Positions 51,959 to 61,495 of a stretch of DNA of 64,000 bases are shown in pieces. The stretch's first letter is position 1. Each line of letters begins with the position of its first letter. Under the pieces are notes generated by a model, which saw only the letters and a program-made list of their open reading frames with translations, had not been told where the DNA came from and searched no databases. Location of the stretch: the IMG/VR virus record IMGVR_UViG_3300014205_009008; one strand, written 5' to 3'. Both the position numbers and the translations under genes were made by a program. Origin of the DNA: an uncultured virus (IMG/VR IMGVR_UViG_3300014205_009008). Lineage: Duplodnaviria > Heunggongvirae > Uroviricota > Caudoviricetes.

Positions 51959-52330
51959 TGATCAAAGTTGAGCATTTGTCGAAATAAAGGTTACATCCGA
52001 GCTATTTTTAGGGTAATATTTGTATATCCTCTTAAATGAGGTTTGATCTTTATGGACGGAAGAGTTAGTTAGTCGTCTCTGACGGTGTGCCAGATGGACA
52101 ACACTGAACGAGCTTCAACCTTCTGCGCTGGTTTACCTGTGCAGATTACCAATACTCTTTTGTACTCATATAAATATACCCGAACGAATCCATAACTAGT
52201 TTATGGTTGGACGATTGTGCCAATTTAGTAAGGTAATAGGGCTGCCGAAGTCCTGTGCTCCGTACCTCTCAACGATGTTTAAACACCTGAGTAGCACAAA
52301 ACGCTTTCATCAAATGCTCAACTTTGAGCA
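51959..52330 (+). ncRNA. Candidate ~370-nt structured RNA (alternatively an invertible or MITE-like segment)
   Basis: 20-bp terminal inverted repeat with 1 mismatch, several nested stems with G-U pairs on the plus strand, and no ORF. Confidence 0.5.
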
Positions 52331-52402
52331 GGAAAGCTTATAACGGTATATTACTAAAGCAAAATTTTAGGCTACGCCTAAATTACCAAAAACAACATTA
52401 CC

Positions 52403-52708
52403 ATGAGCCGAAAATCCAAGCTCCTTAATCGCTTGTCTCCCAAAGGCAACCGACTGGATAAAGAGACTACAGACGAAATCATCCAGCAAGGATTTTACCA
52501 CAAGCCAAGGGGCCCCGTATTTGTCCGCAAAGCCAAAAATGCTGAACTATCACACGAGCTGGAAACCGGATCTGTTCGCAATCGCGCCTACGGCGGTGGC
52601 AGCCACAAGGGCAAGCCAATCTTCGGTCACAATGGGCCAGCCGAACGGGACATTATTGCCAAGGAAATCGGCAAACAAACCAAAGCACGCAAGCGTAAAA
52701 AGCTATGA
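52403..52708 (+). CDS. Small basic hypothetical protein
   Basis: Lys/Arg-rich; follows a GC-TAC-GC hairpin with a 7-bp stem. Confidence 0.5.
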   Translation: MSRKSKLLNRLSPKGNRLDKETTDEIIQQGFYHKPRGPVFVRKAKNAELSHELETGSVRNRAYGGGSHKGKPIFGHNGPAERDIIAKEIGKQTKARKRKKL

Positions 52709-53190
52709 TCAGAGAAATCCACGGCAACTTACTTGAACTCGCCAAAGACGGAGAATTTGACGTCATTGCACATGGGGCAAACTGTCTCTGCACCATGGGA
52801 GCTGGTATTGCCAGGGGTATCGCATTTGAATTTCCTGAAGCCCTTGAAGCAGACAGGCAAACTACGCGAGGTGACAAGCACAAGCTAGGTTCATTCACCG
52901 CCGCATTTATTCACGAATACGAATTTACCATTGTTAACCTCTACACGCAATTTGGTTTCGGCGCAAGTAAGTCCACAACCGAACAAGAGGAGCGGTATGT
53001 CGCCATCAGAGAGGGCCTGAAAAAGCTCAAGGCGGCCTTCAGTGGCACTCGAATCGGGCTACCACTTATCGGGGCAGGGCTGGCCGGCGGAGATTGGGAC
53101 ATCATCAGGGATATCATTATCAATGAGCTTACAGACGAGAATGTTACAATCGTCTACTTCGACCGTCAGCCGCCAAGTCCAACAAACTAG
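52705..53190 (+). CDS. Macrodomain (ADP-ribose binding/hydrolase)
   Basis: IHGNLL, AHGANC..TMGAGIA, VNLYTQ and PLIGAGLAGGDW. Confidence 0.92.
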   Translation: MIREIHGNLLELAKDGEFDVIAHGANCLCTMGAGIARGIAFEFPEALEADRQTTRGDKHKLGSFTAAFIHEYEFTIVNLYTQFGFGASKSTTEQEERYVAIREGLKKLKAAFSGTRIGLPLIGAGLAGGDWDIIRDIIINELTDENVTIVYFDRQPPSPTN

Positions 53191-53244
53191 GCTACGCCAA
53201 TTAAATTAACAACAGTATCTACACGACGCTAGAATCAAAGCAGG

Positions 53245-54423
53245 ATGATACTCGATATTCCCAAACGCAAGCACTTCAAGGCCAAAGACGAGAAAGGTAT
53301 TCAAGAAATTGAAGCTCTCGTAAAAGGCAAGGACCCAACCTACTTGGAAAAGCTAGCCACCATCGTTCAGATCTTGGAAAAGGAGACAAAAATCCTATCA
53401 AACATCAAGGTTAGCACTGAAGCCTACAGCTGGAGGCAGCAGCGCGAATTTGATATCAGGGAAGATTGGAAGAACATTATCCTAAATACCGTGGCCGTAA
53501 GTGAAAATTGGATCAGGAATCCAGAGGAGTTTAAGAGCAAGAGCCACAGCCCAGAGAAACAACTTTCAGCCCTTCTCCGCCACCTTTTCGCCAAATACCC
53601 CACTCCAGAGTTTCTGAACGCATCATTCGCCAACCCTCAGTTTGCGCCAGTTTTCATCCATATTGCTCAAGGAGGCAACATCAGGACAGCCGACGTCTCA
53701 CTGCCGAAACTCACCAAGCACCAAGCGCACCTCTTCCATTCCACCCCAGGCTACATGGGGCTGATGGAAGCAAATATCCGCGCAAGGGCACTGAGCTATA
53801 ACGTGGACAAAAACTTGTTGGCCCAGATTCTCAAGCAGCAGGCCATCAAGGGTGGAAACCACGGATTTTGGAACTCATTCTTCGAGTTCCTCGGTAGGCA
53901 GGACGGCATGGTCAACCCCGAGCAAATCGGGCCAATTGTTGACTTCCTCAATAACCAACGCCGCACCTTTGTTGACGGAGAACTCAAGGAATTCACATTC
54001 AAAGGTAAGACCATGGCCTCTATCTTCAGGCATATGGAAGAGTGGCACAATGAGCTCGCCAAGGTAAAAGCCGCCAAAAATCGCGTGTGGAATCACAACC
54101 TGTACATCAAGGATGCCGAAATCCCCTCAGAAAACCCTCAGTGGGAGATCACTGAAATCTGCACCGAGAAAGAGCTTCACGCAGAAGGCAAGGCAATGCA
54201 TCACTGCGTCTATTCTTACACAGGTAACTGCGTTGATGGCAAATGCAGCATCTGGTCCATGCGCGGACTCAAGAGCCTGGGGCACGAGCGCATCGCCACC
54301 ATTGAAGTGCGCGGAAACGCCATTGCCCAAGTACGCGGACAATGCAATGCCGCAATCAGCAACAATCACTCCAGAGCCCTCCGTAAATGGGCTGCACAAA
54401 ATAACCTAACCTGGAAGATCTAA
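53245..54423 (+). CDS. PcfJ-like protein
   Basis: ELHAEGKAMHHCVYSY and ATIEV...QVRGQCN. Confidence 0.85.
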   Translation: MILDIPKRKHFKAKDEKGIQEIEALVKGKDPTYLEKLATIVQILEKETKILSNIKVSTEAYSWRQQREFDIREDWKNIILNTVAVSENWIRNPEEFKSKSHSPEKQLSALLRHLFAKYPTPEFLNASFANPQFAPVFIHIAQGGNIRTADVSLPKLTKHQAHLFHSTPGYMGLMEANIRARALSYNVDKNLLAQILKQQAIKGGNHGFWNSFFEFLGRQDGMVNPEQIGPIVDFLNNQRRTFVDGELKEFTFKGKTMASIFRHMEEWHNELAKVKAAKNRVWNHNLYIKDAEIPSENPQWEITEICTEKELHAEGKAMHHCVYSYTGNCVDGKCSIWSMRGLKSLGHERIATIEVRGNAIAQVRGQCNAAISNNHSRALRKWAAQNNLTWKI

Positions 54424-54462
54424 TAATTTAGTAAACCAACCAACCATAGAAAACCAAATACC

Positions 54463-55305
54463 ATGAAAACCATCCTTGCATTCTGCGACAGCCTTTGCGA
54501 ACCCAACCCCGGCGACATGCACGTCGGCTGCTGGGCAAAAAATGAAGAGAACGAGGTTCTGTTCGCCACCCACAAGCGCATCGGTTATGGAACCTGCAAC
54601 GAGGCGGAATACCACGCGCTCTTCAGCATCGTCGAGATGCTGGAGGAGAAATTTCAGGGTAACTGGCCCAAGGTCATTATCCACTCGGACAGTCAGCTGA
54701 TGACGAAACAGGTCACCGGCAAGTGGCAGACCACCAAGCCTGAAATCATTTCCCTCTACAACAAGGCAATGGCGCTCATGGCCAAATACGGATTCACGGT
54801 GCAGTGGATTCCCCGTGAAAATAATGCCATGGCAGATGCACTCGCCCAGCAGCAGCGCCTGAAGGGTTCTGGTCGCAGGTACACCCTTGAGGACGGCCGC
54901 TTCCGCGTCCACAGGAACACCCCCTGCGTCGAGATCTTCACCGACAAGGAGATGTGCAAGATGCTTCACACAAACCGCATGAGCGAGCTCAAGGTCCAAC
55001 TGGAGGCTGAACTGGAACGCAGCCAGACAGACTTCCCATCCCTGCTCGAAACACTGCAATCCCTGCAGCAGGAAAGCGAAAAGATCCAATCGGGATTGCC
55101 CAAGATGAACGGGCTCATCCAAGAATGGGTGGACTCGACATTCCACATGCTGACTGACCACTTGGACAACTTCATCACTCTTGCCAAAAACGAGGATGAC
55201 TCTGTCAGCACCGCCCTCCAAGAATTCCTCACCGCCATGGAGGAGAAACAAAGCCACCTTGCGGGAGAGGAAGACGAAACAGCTGAGGAACCAGCCTACG
55301 CATAA
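54463..55305 (+). CDS. RNase HI-like protein with acidic helical C-terminal extension
   Basis: CD..NPG, TCNEAEY, HSDSQL and WIPRENNAMADALA. Confidence 0.85.
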   Translation: MKTILAFCDSLCEPNPGDMHVGCWAKNEENEVLFATHKRIGYGTCNEAEYHALFSIVEMLEEKFQGNWPKVIIHSDSQLMTKQVTGKWQTTKPEIISLYNKAMALMAKYGFTVQWIPRENNAMADALAQQQRLKGSGRRYTLEDGRFRVHRNTPCVEIFTDKEMCKMLHTNRMSELKVQLEAELERSQTDFPSLLETLQSLQQESEKIQSGLPKMNGLIQEWVDSTFHMLTDHLDNFITLAKNEDDSVSTALQEFLTAMEEKQSHLAGEEDETAEEPAYA

Positions 55306-55742
55306 TGCCAAGTCTAAAACCAAAGCCTCCTAAAGGCTGGACCGCGCACCAGCTAACCAGATTGCCAGCCAAAGGATATTACGTCAGCTACTTTTCCGCA
55401 GCTCCGTTCTATACGGCCTATTTCGTAGGAAGCGGAAAATGTGAATACGCAAGATGCCAGCCTACTAATATAACTTCTCCTGGTGGAAAGGGATCCACCT
55501 TTAGGACTGGGGACTGGCATACGCTGTTGTGGAATTGTGCCCCAACCAAGAAGAAAATCGCAGCATCAAAACTCCTCACCCTAACAGGGAAGTTAGGGCC
55601 ACATGACGAACAGTTCCACTACTTCAAGGACTACACGGACCTATTAACAGCATGGAATTCCTTCGCACCACTATATTCGGCGGTCGCAAAGGCTCCTTCT
55701 GACATCTAAGCTACGCTTAATCCAATAAACACCGAATCACGC

Positions 55743-57521
55743 ATGAATACCAATTGGAACCTGCAATTGCTCTATACTGGCATGGATGATCCGCAGATAA
55801 CAATGGACATCGTAGACTTTGAAAATCAATACATCCAGTTTAACAAGAATTACTCCGGATCAAACCTCGCAGACAAGGCCACCCTGCTAAAGGCCCTCCA
55901 AGATTACACCCGCCTGCTATTTTGCCGTGGGGAGAGGGCAATGATTTATTTCAACTATATCACCGAGCTCAACAGCTCCGATACAGCAGCGGAAGCAGCC
56001 CTCTCGCTCACAACGGAAAGGATCACCAAAGCAAGCAACGAGGTCATCTTCTTTGATCTAAACCTCGGTAAAATCCCCGCAGAAACCCAGCAGGCTTTCC
56101 TGCAGGATCCTGACTTCGCACAATACCGCTATTATTTGGATGGGGTATTCAAGACAGCAAAATACAACCTGTCAGAAGCCGAGGAAAAGATTATATCACT
56201 CAAGGACGGGCCTTCTTACAGCATGTGGGTCAGCGGTCAGGAAAAGCTCCTGAGCCACCAGACAATTAACTGGAAAGGCAATATCATCCCGCTCACTGAA
56301 GCACAGGAACTTGTTGAATCACTGCCCACAAAAGAACGCCGCAAGCTCCATAAACAGGTAATGGCAAAGCTCAAATCCGTCAGCGATTTTGCCGAGGCAG
56401 AGATCAACGCCGTCTACACCGATAAAAAGATTGATGACGAACTTCGAGGGTTTAAGACCTCCTATGATGCAACCCTCCTCGAGCACGAAACAACCGAAGA
56501 CACAGTCTTTGCACTAGTCCAGTCAACGGCTTCAAATATCGCCATTAGTCACAGGTTTTTCAAGCTAAAGGCCAAACTCCTAGGACTGGAATACCTCACA
56601 TATGCAGATAGAGCAGTCACCCTGAGCACAGAACAGAAAGAAGTCCCCTTCGAAGCTGGAGTCCAGATCGTCAGAAAGGCATTTGCTGCAATGGACAGCC
56701 AGTTCTCAGACATCTTTGATTCGTATCTAGCCAAGGGGCAAATCGACGTATATCCAAAAAGCGGGAAAAGTGGTGGGGCATATTGTTCCAGTAGCATCGG
56801 CAATCCAACATACGTCCTGTTGAACCACATGCCCGACATGCAGTCAACCGTCACCCTCGCACATGAAATGGGGCATGCGATCCACAGCGAGCTCTCAGAA
56901 TCACAGCCGCCGCTCTATCAAGCCTACACCACCGCCGTCGCTGAAGTAGCCAGCACATTTTTTGAACAGATTGTATTCTATAACATGCTCGAAACACTCA
57001 GCGTCAAAGAGCAAATAGTGGCCCTCCACGATCGTATCAATCAGGATATCCAGACCACCTACAGGCAGATTGCATTCTTCAACTTCGAACTCGAACTTCA
57101 CCGGACAATGAAGAAGAAGGGGGCGGTATCCAAGGAAGAAATTGCAACCATCCTCAATAAGCATGTTTCCGAGTACCTAGGGGACAAATTCAAAATGGCG
57201 GAAGACGATGGTTTCTTCTTCGTTGGGCTCAGCCACATGCGAGACTTCTTCTATGTCTACTCATACGCCTATGGCAGTCTGATCAGCAGGGCGATCTACA
57301 AGCAATACGCCGAGGACAAGAATGCCCTTGTCAAAATCAAACAATTTCTATCTGCCGGTTGTTCAAAGAGCCCAGAAGATATTTTCAAAGATATCGGAAT
57401 CGACATCTCCAAACCAGAATTTTGGGACAACGGCTTCCAAGCAATCGCGGAAGACATCGACAGGCTGGAAGCATTAATCGCAAACAGCAAGGCGCAGGTC
57501 AGCAAATTAGCCCAAAATTAA
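55743..57521 (+). CDS. pepF: Oligoendopeptidase F (M3B)
   Basis: WNLQLLY, GKSGGAYC, TLAHEMGHAIH, AEVASTFFE and FYVYSYAYG. Confidence 0.92.
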   Translation: MNTNWNLQLLYTGMDDPQITMDIVDFENQYIQFNKNYSGSNLADKATLLKALQDYTRLLFCRGERAMIYFNYITELNSSDTAAEAALSLTTERITKASNEVIFFDLNLGKIPAETQQAFLQDPDFAQYRYYLDGVFKTAKYNLSEAEEKIISLKDGPSYSMWVSGQEKLLSHQTINWKGNIIPLTEAQELVESLPTKERRKLHKQVMAKLKSVSDFAEAEINAVYTDKKIDDELRGFKTSYDATLLEHETTEDTVFALVQSTASNIAISHRFFKLKAKLLGLEYLTYADRAVTLSTEQKEVPFEAGVQIVRKAFAAMDSQFSDIFDSYLAKGQIDVYPKSGKSGGAYCSSSIGNPTYVLLNHMPDMQSTVTLAHEMGHAIHSELSESQPPLYQAYTTAVAEVASTFFEQIVFYNMLETLSVKEQIVALHDRINQDIQTTYRQIAFFNFELELHRTMKKKGAVSKEEIATILNKHVSEYLGDKFKMAEDDGFFFVGLSHMRDFFYVYSYAYGSLISRAIYKQYAEDKNALVKIKQFLSAGCSKSPEDIFKDIGIDISKPEFWDNGFQAIAEDIDRLEALIANSKAQVSKLAQN

Positions 57522-57985
57522 TGAGAAGCTCCAAAAGAGAACAGCTCAGGAGGGTTGGTAAGCAACTAATCAGAATAATTAAGAAATATTCTCCAAACAA
57601 AGATGAGGCTTTAGACGCTACTACACATGTAACTATCATGAGAGAGCTAGGGTTCCGCCGCTCACGCAATGGAACCAACGGCGCATGGATCAACAAGCAA
57701 AGAGGCTACGTTGTGAAAAGCCCTTACTTATGCTCTTTCGAAGACGGCACTGAAGTTCCAAAGAAAGCCATACCAACAATTGTTATTGGCGACAAGAGTT
57801 TGGGGCAAATATGGATACAGCCACTTGCGGATACATCTACCGAAGCCGTCCGCAAAGCACGCAAAATAATCGTGAAAGGGGAACGCAAATGGGACCCTGA
57901 AATGTTTATGAGACATTGGGGTAAAGATGCCCATACCCAAAACATAGGGCTATATAAAAGCAAGCCAGTGGTTTTTGACTGGTGA
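57521..57985 (+). CDS. Minimal protein-kinase-like fold protein
   Basis: YVVK, WIQP and DAHTQNIG...VVFDW (DxHxxN plus the Mg-binding Asp). Confidence 0.55.
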   Translation: MRSSKREQLRRVGKQLIRIIKKYSPNKDEALDATTHVTIMRELGFRRSRNGTNGAWINKQRGYVVKSPYLCSFEDGTEVPKKAIPTIVIGDKSLGQIWIQPLADTSTEAVRKARKIIVKGERKWDPEMFMRHWGKDAHTQNIGLYKSKPVVFDW

Positions 57986-58030
57986 ATCATCGCGGATTAG
58001 GCTACGCCAAATACATCCAGAAACAGTAAC

Positions 58031-58504
58031 ATGATCGAAGCAGTTCTCTATTGTGACGCAAGTGTCAAAGCTGGTTTTTGTGGAATTGGTCTCTGCCTGT
58101 TGGACCTAAACGGAAACCTTATCAAAAAACAGAGCCGCCGCCTTTCAGATCGCGGCAAAAATAACACCGAGGGAGAGGCAGCAGCCATCATCGAAGGTAT
58201 CAAACTGGCTCAAAAGCACGGCTTTTCCAGCATCAGGATCTACACTGACAGCAAATCGTTGGTTCAAGTTGCAAACAGGGGCAAAGGTGGGACTAAGATG
58301 ACCCGCAAATTTGTGAAGGCACTCAGCACTCTCAAAAATCTTATTGCCATCAGCATCAAATGGGTCAAGGGTCACTCCGGCCAGAAATGGAATACACTCT
58401 GTGACAAACTCGCCCGCAACGCAAGCTGGTCAATCACAGACCTCATCACCATCGGGTTCAACAGGCTCTGCGGTAACTGGGATGTGCCCGGTGCACTCGT
58501 TTAA
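58031..58504 (+). CDS. Ribonuclease H
   Basis: YCDAS, NNTEGE, YTDS and WVKGHSG...NTLCDKLA. Confidence 0.9.
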   Translation: MIEAVLYCDASVKAGFCGIGLCLLDLNGNLIKKQSRRLSDRGKNNTEGEAAAIIEGIKLAQKHGFSSIRIYTDSKSLVQVANRGKGGTKMTRKFVKALSTLKNLIAISIKWVKGHSGQKWNTLCDKLARNASWSITDLITIGFNRLCGNWDVPGALV

Positions 58505-58507
58505 TCA

Positions 58508-58930
58508 GTGAAGAAATCACTCTTCGGTCAGGCTCTAGCAATTGCTAACAGGGAATTGCGCAGCCACCCAGAATTCAGGCACTACCTGCACTGGAGTTTT
58601 ATTGTCCGCAAAAACCAGATTATCGAATGGGCCACCAATCATAAATCTCCTCCTCCAATCCAGTTTGGCTACAGCAGCCAAATCAACAACGCCGAGGCCA
58701 AAACCCATTCCGAGTTTGCTGCCTACCGCAGGGCCAGAGGAATCCTGAAAGGCTCGTTTGAAGTCATTAACATACGACTTAACAGAAAAGGGGACATGCG
58801 CAATAGCGCTCCCTGCAATTGCTGCCAAAATTTCTTGGAAGCCGCCGGATGCGCAAAGGTCTGGCATTCTACAAACGAAGGCGAATGGCTCAAGGCCACA
58901 CCAAGCTGGCTACCAGAATTTTCAGAATAG
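58508..58930 (+). CDS. Zn-dependent cytidine/deoxycytidylate deaminase-fold protein
   Basis: THSE...SAPCNCC (HxE/PCxxC). Confidence 0.75.
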   Translation: MKKSLFGQALAIANRELRSHPEFRHYLHWSFIVRKNQIIEWATNHKSPPPIQFGYSSQINNAEAKTHSEFAAYRRARGILKGSFEVINIRLNRKGDMRNSAPCNCCQNFLEAAGCAKVWHSTNEGEWLKATPSWLPEFSE

Positions 58931-58995
58931 TTGTCATAATATCCAAAGGCAATAGCCATGCCTGTCGCTAGCTGTGGGGAAAACATAAATTCGCC

Positions 58996-59442
58996 ATGAA
59001 GCTACAAGACCAAATTACCGCCGATATCAAGCAGGCCATGTTGTCCAAGGATACAAACGCCCTAGGCGTGCTCCGGATGCTCAAGTCCACCCTGACCAAC
59101 CTTGCCATTGAAAAGAAGACCCAAGAATTGGATGACACCATAGTTCTCTCTGCCGTGCGCAAGAACATCAAAACACGCCAGGACTCGGTAGATTGCTTCA
59201 CCAAAGGTGGCAGGCCAGAGCTGGTTGAAAAGGAGCAATCCGAAATCGCCATCCTCGAAAAATACCTACCTGTTCAACTAGCAGAATCAGAACTCGTTAC
59301 CATCATTGACGATGCCATCAAGGAAGTAGGTGCAACATCCAAAAAGGACATGGGAAAGGTCATGAAGGTTGTCAGTGCCAAGGTAAACGGCGCCGCCGAT
59401 GGTAAAACCATAAGTGCACTGGTAGGCAAGAAGCTGATGTAA
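58996..59442 (+). CDS. GatB/YqeY domain protein
   Basis: DIKQAMLSKD, GGRPELVEKE and KDMGKVM...ADGK. Confidence 0.93.
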   Translation: MKLQDQITADIKQAMLSKDTNALGVLRMLKSTLTNLAIEKKTQELDDTIVLSAVRKNIKTRQDSVDCFTKGGRPELVEKEQSEIAILEKYLPVQLAESELVTIIDDAIKEVGATSKKDMGKVMKVVSAKVNGAADGKTISALVGKKLM

Positions 59443-60419
59443 CCATGAGCATGCCAACCACATTACGCGAGCTGTCAGAGTTAATTGCCACACACAAGAT
59501 AATCGTACACTCAGACGGACAAAGCGAACTTCTCGCACGAGCTACCTACTGGCAGAACGATAGTGGCTGGTACATTGTAGACAATGTTACAAATATACCA
59601 CCTGAGTTGTCTTCCGACAGAATGGATCTTTTCTGGGCATATAGCGATAGACTATGCACCACTTCAGTTAATACCAAAGTTCTGCAGGATGCGAAATCAC
59701 TCAGTCCTAGCGAGCTAATCAATTTTGTTCTAGAGCTAAATACCGTAACCAACAAAGGACTGCCCGATGGCACAATCCGTCTGGAATTTATACCGCTCGC
59801 ATGATCCTTTTCATACCACCATTGCAAAGTAAAATCGCCTTAGCGTCACCGTGGACATTCACGCTAAAGGCCGACTACGAGAACCTCTCATTTATCGAAA
59901 CAATGGTACAACAAGGGATCATAGACGAATCAGCACTTCTAGCCCTAAAGAATAGCATCTCTCCAAGCAGGTATACATCCCCAATGAGGAAATACAATTA
60001 TCATGTATTCCTAACAGACCTAGTAACAGTAACATTACCTGCGGGCTCATATCTTAAGGTAGAAGCAATGAGCATGAAGCCGCAAAAAACTGCATTTAGG
60101 AGCATATCACTACGCCTGCTGAAGACTCCAACCATGGACTGGAAAAATGCCCGCTTCAAAATAAACATCGAATACCTCAACACGATGGACATCAAGCCAC
60201 CAACCATCGGCCCAGCACCAATACCGGCAACCACAACCATACACGCAAATCTATGCTAGACAAAGCTATCGACGGAACCGACAAATTGCCAGCACTCATG
60301 GCAAAATTCACACTTGCAACCACCCAGAAAGAGCGCGATGCCCTTGCGGCAGAGATGGACCGACTCAATGCTGAAATAGACGACGACATCATCGATTCAA
60401 TCTATGGAGGACGCGAAGC

Positions 60420-60824
60420 ATGAAAACCAAGCCGGTCAAAGTTACCATCCCTCTCACATTCGAAGGAAAGAAATTCTCGCTTGTCAAGTACTCGGGGAAC
60501 TGGGCAGACGAGATGGATGTGACAGGATTCTCTGTCATGTCAGAAGAAGAGCTTAAAGAGTGGATCGAATACATTCCTAAAGAGCCATTCACCTTTGGTG
60601 TGGGCAGCAATCAGGAAATCGACTATCGCTCCGTCAAAGCGTTCCTAAAGAACTGCACCATCGAGGAAATCTCCAGGGAACAAGCTGAACAGCTTTTTAA
60701 ACTATTTCCATACAAACACGAAAGGTACCTCGACTGGAGGGATGACAACTACCAGCTCATCGAATATAGCACCAGGTGCGTTTTCGGACAATTTCCCAAT
60801 TACAAGGACGAGGAAGAATCCTAA
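60420..60824 (+). CDS. Hypothetical protein
   Basis: ORF with NWADEMD. Confidence 0.5.
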   Translation: MKTKPVKVTIPLTFEGKKFSLVKYSGNWADEMDVTGFSVMSEEELKEWIEYIPKEPFTFGVGSNQEIDYRSVKAFLKNCTIEEISREQAEQLFKLFPYKHERYLDWRDDNYQLIEYSTRCVFGQFPNYKDEEES

Positions 60825-60827
60825 ATC

Positions 60828-61256
60828 ATGAAATTCATTCCTACAGACATCCCCGCAGATGAAGTAGACGAGATAATTGCCAAAAAGTGCGGGTGGACCG
60901 AGCACGAGATCGGAGACGGTGGTATTTATGGCTGGCTTCCACCCGATGGTAAGCATAAGAAAAGTTGGTGGGGCTCGTACTACTCAGCCAAAGAATTACC
61001 AAAATATAGCTCATGCTTAGACGCCATGCACGAAGCCGAAGCATTTCTTAAGGGTGATACAGATTATATCCTAGCCAGAGCATATAAACATATTGACAGC
61101 ACAACCTGGGATACATATTGCAAGACCTTAGCTAGGCTATGCTCACCGGAATCACCGGTGCATGCCACGGCAGCTCAAAAATCAAGAGCCTTTCTTATAG
61201 CAACCGACGAACTCGCACAACTGGAAGTAGAAGAGTACGCACTACTGGAAATCTAA
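60828..61256 (+). CDS. Hypothetical phage-type protein
   Basis: IAKKCGW...LPKYSSCLDAMHEAE...ATAAQK. Confidence 0.5.
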   Translation: MKFIPTDIPADEVDEIIAKKCGWTEHEIGDGGIYGWLPPDGKHKKSWWGSYYSAKELPKYSSCLDAMHEAEAFLKGDTDYILARAYKHIDSTTWDTYCKTLARLCSPESPVHATAAQKSRAFLIATDELAQLEVEEYALLEI

Positions 61257-61495
61257 ATATGTTACCAATAGCAACAATTATCGTCATTTCATCTTGGATG
61301 GCACCAGCCGCTGTCACCGTTCTAGCAGGGCTTCTGGTAGCAGTAGTAGCAGCCTTGGAATATAGATCATTCCGAAACAGCGCCAATTCCGGTTGGCTCG
61401 CAGGTGTGTTCACATTCTTCGCACTTATCACAGCCGTTATAAGTATATTAGTTGCCTGGGGAGTTTGGCTGGCAACTATATTCTTGGGACGTTAA

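Noticed and set aside
51959..52330. tmRNA, RNase P RNA or group II intron
   Set aside because: No tRNA-like 3' end, no GAGGAAAGUCC and no domain V consensus were found by eye.
54406..55323. 305-aa minus-strand ORF
   Set aside because: Antisense shadow of the RNase H-like gene, explained by its C-ending codon bias; no recognisable motifs.
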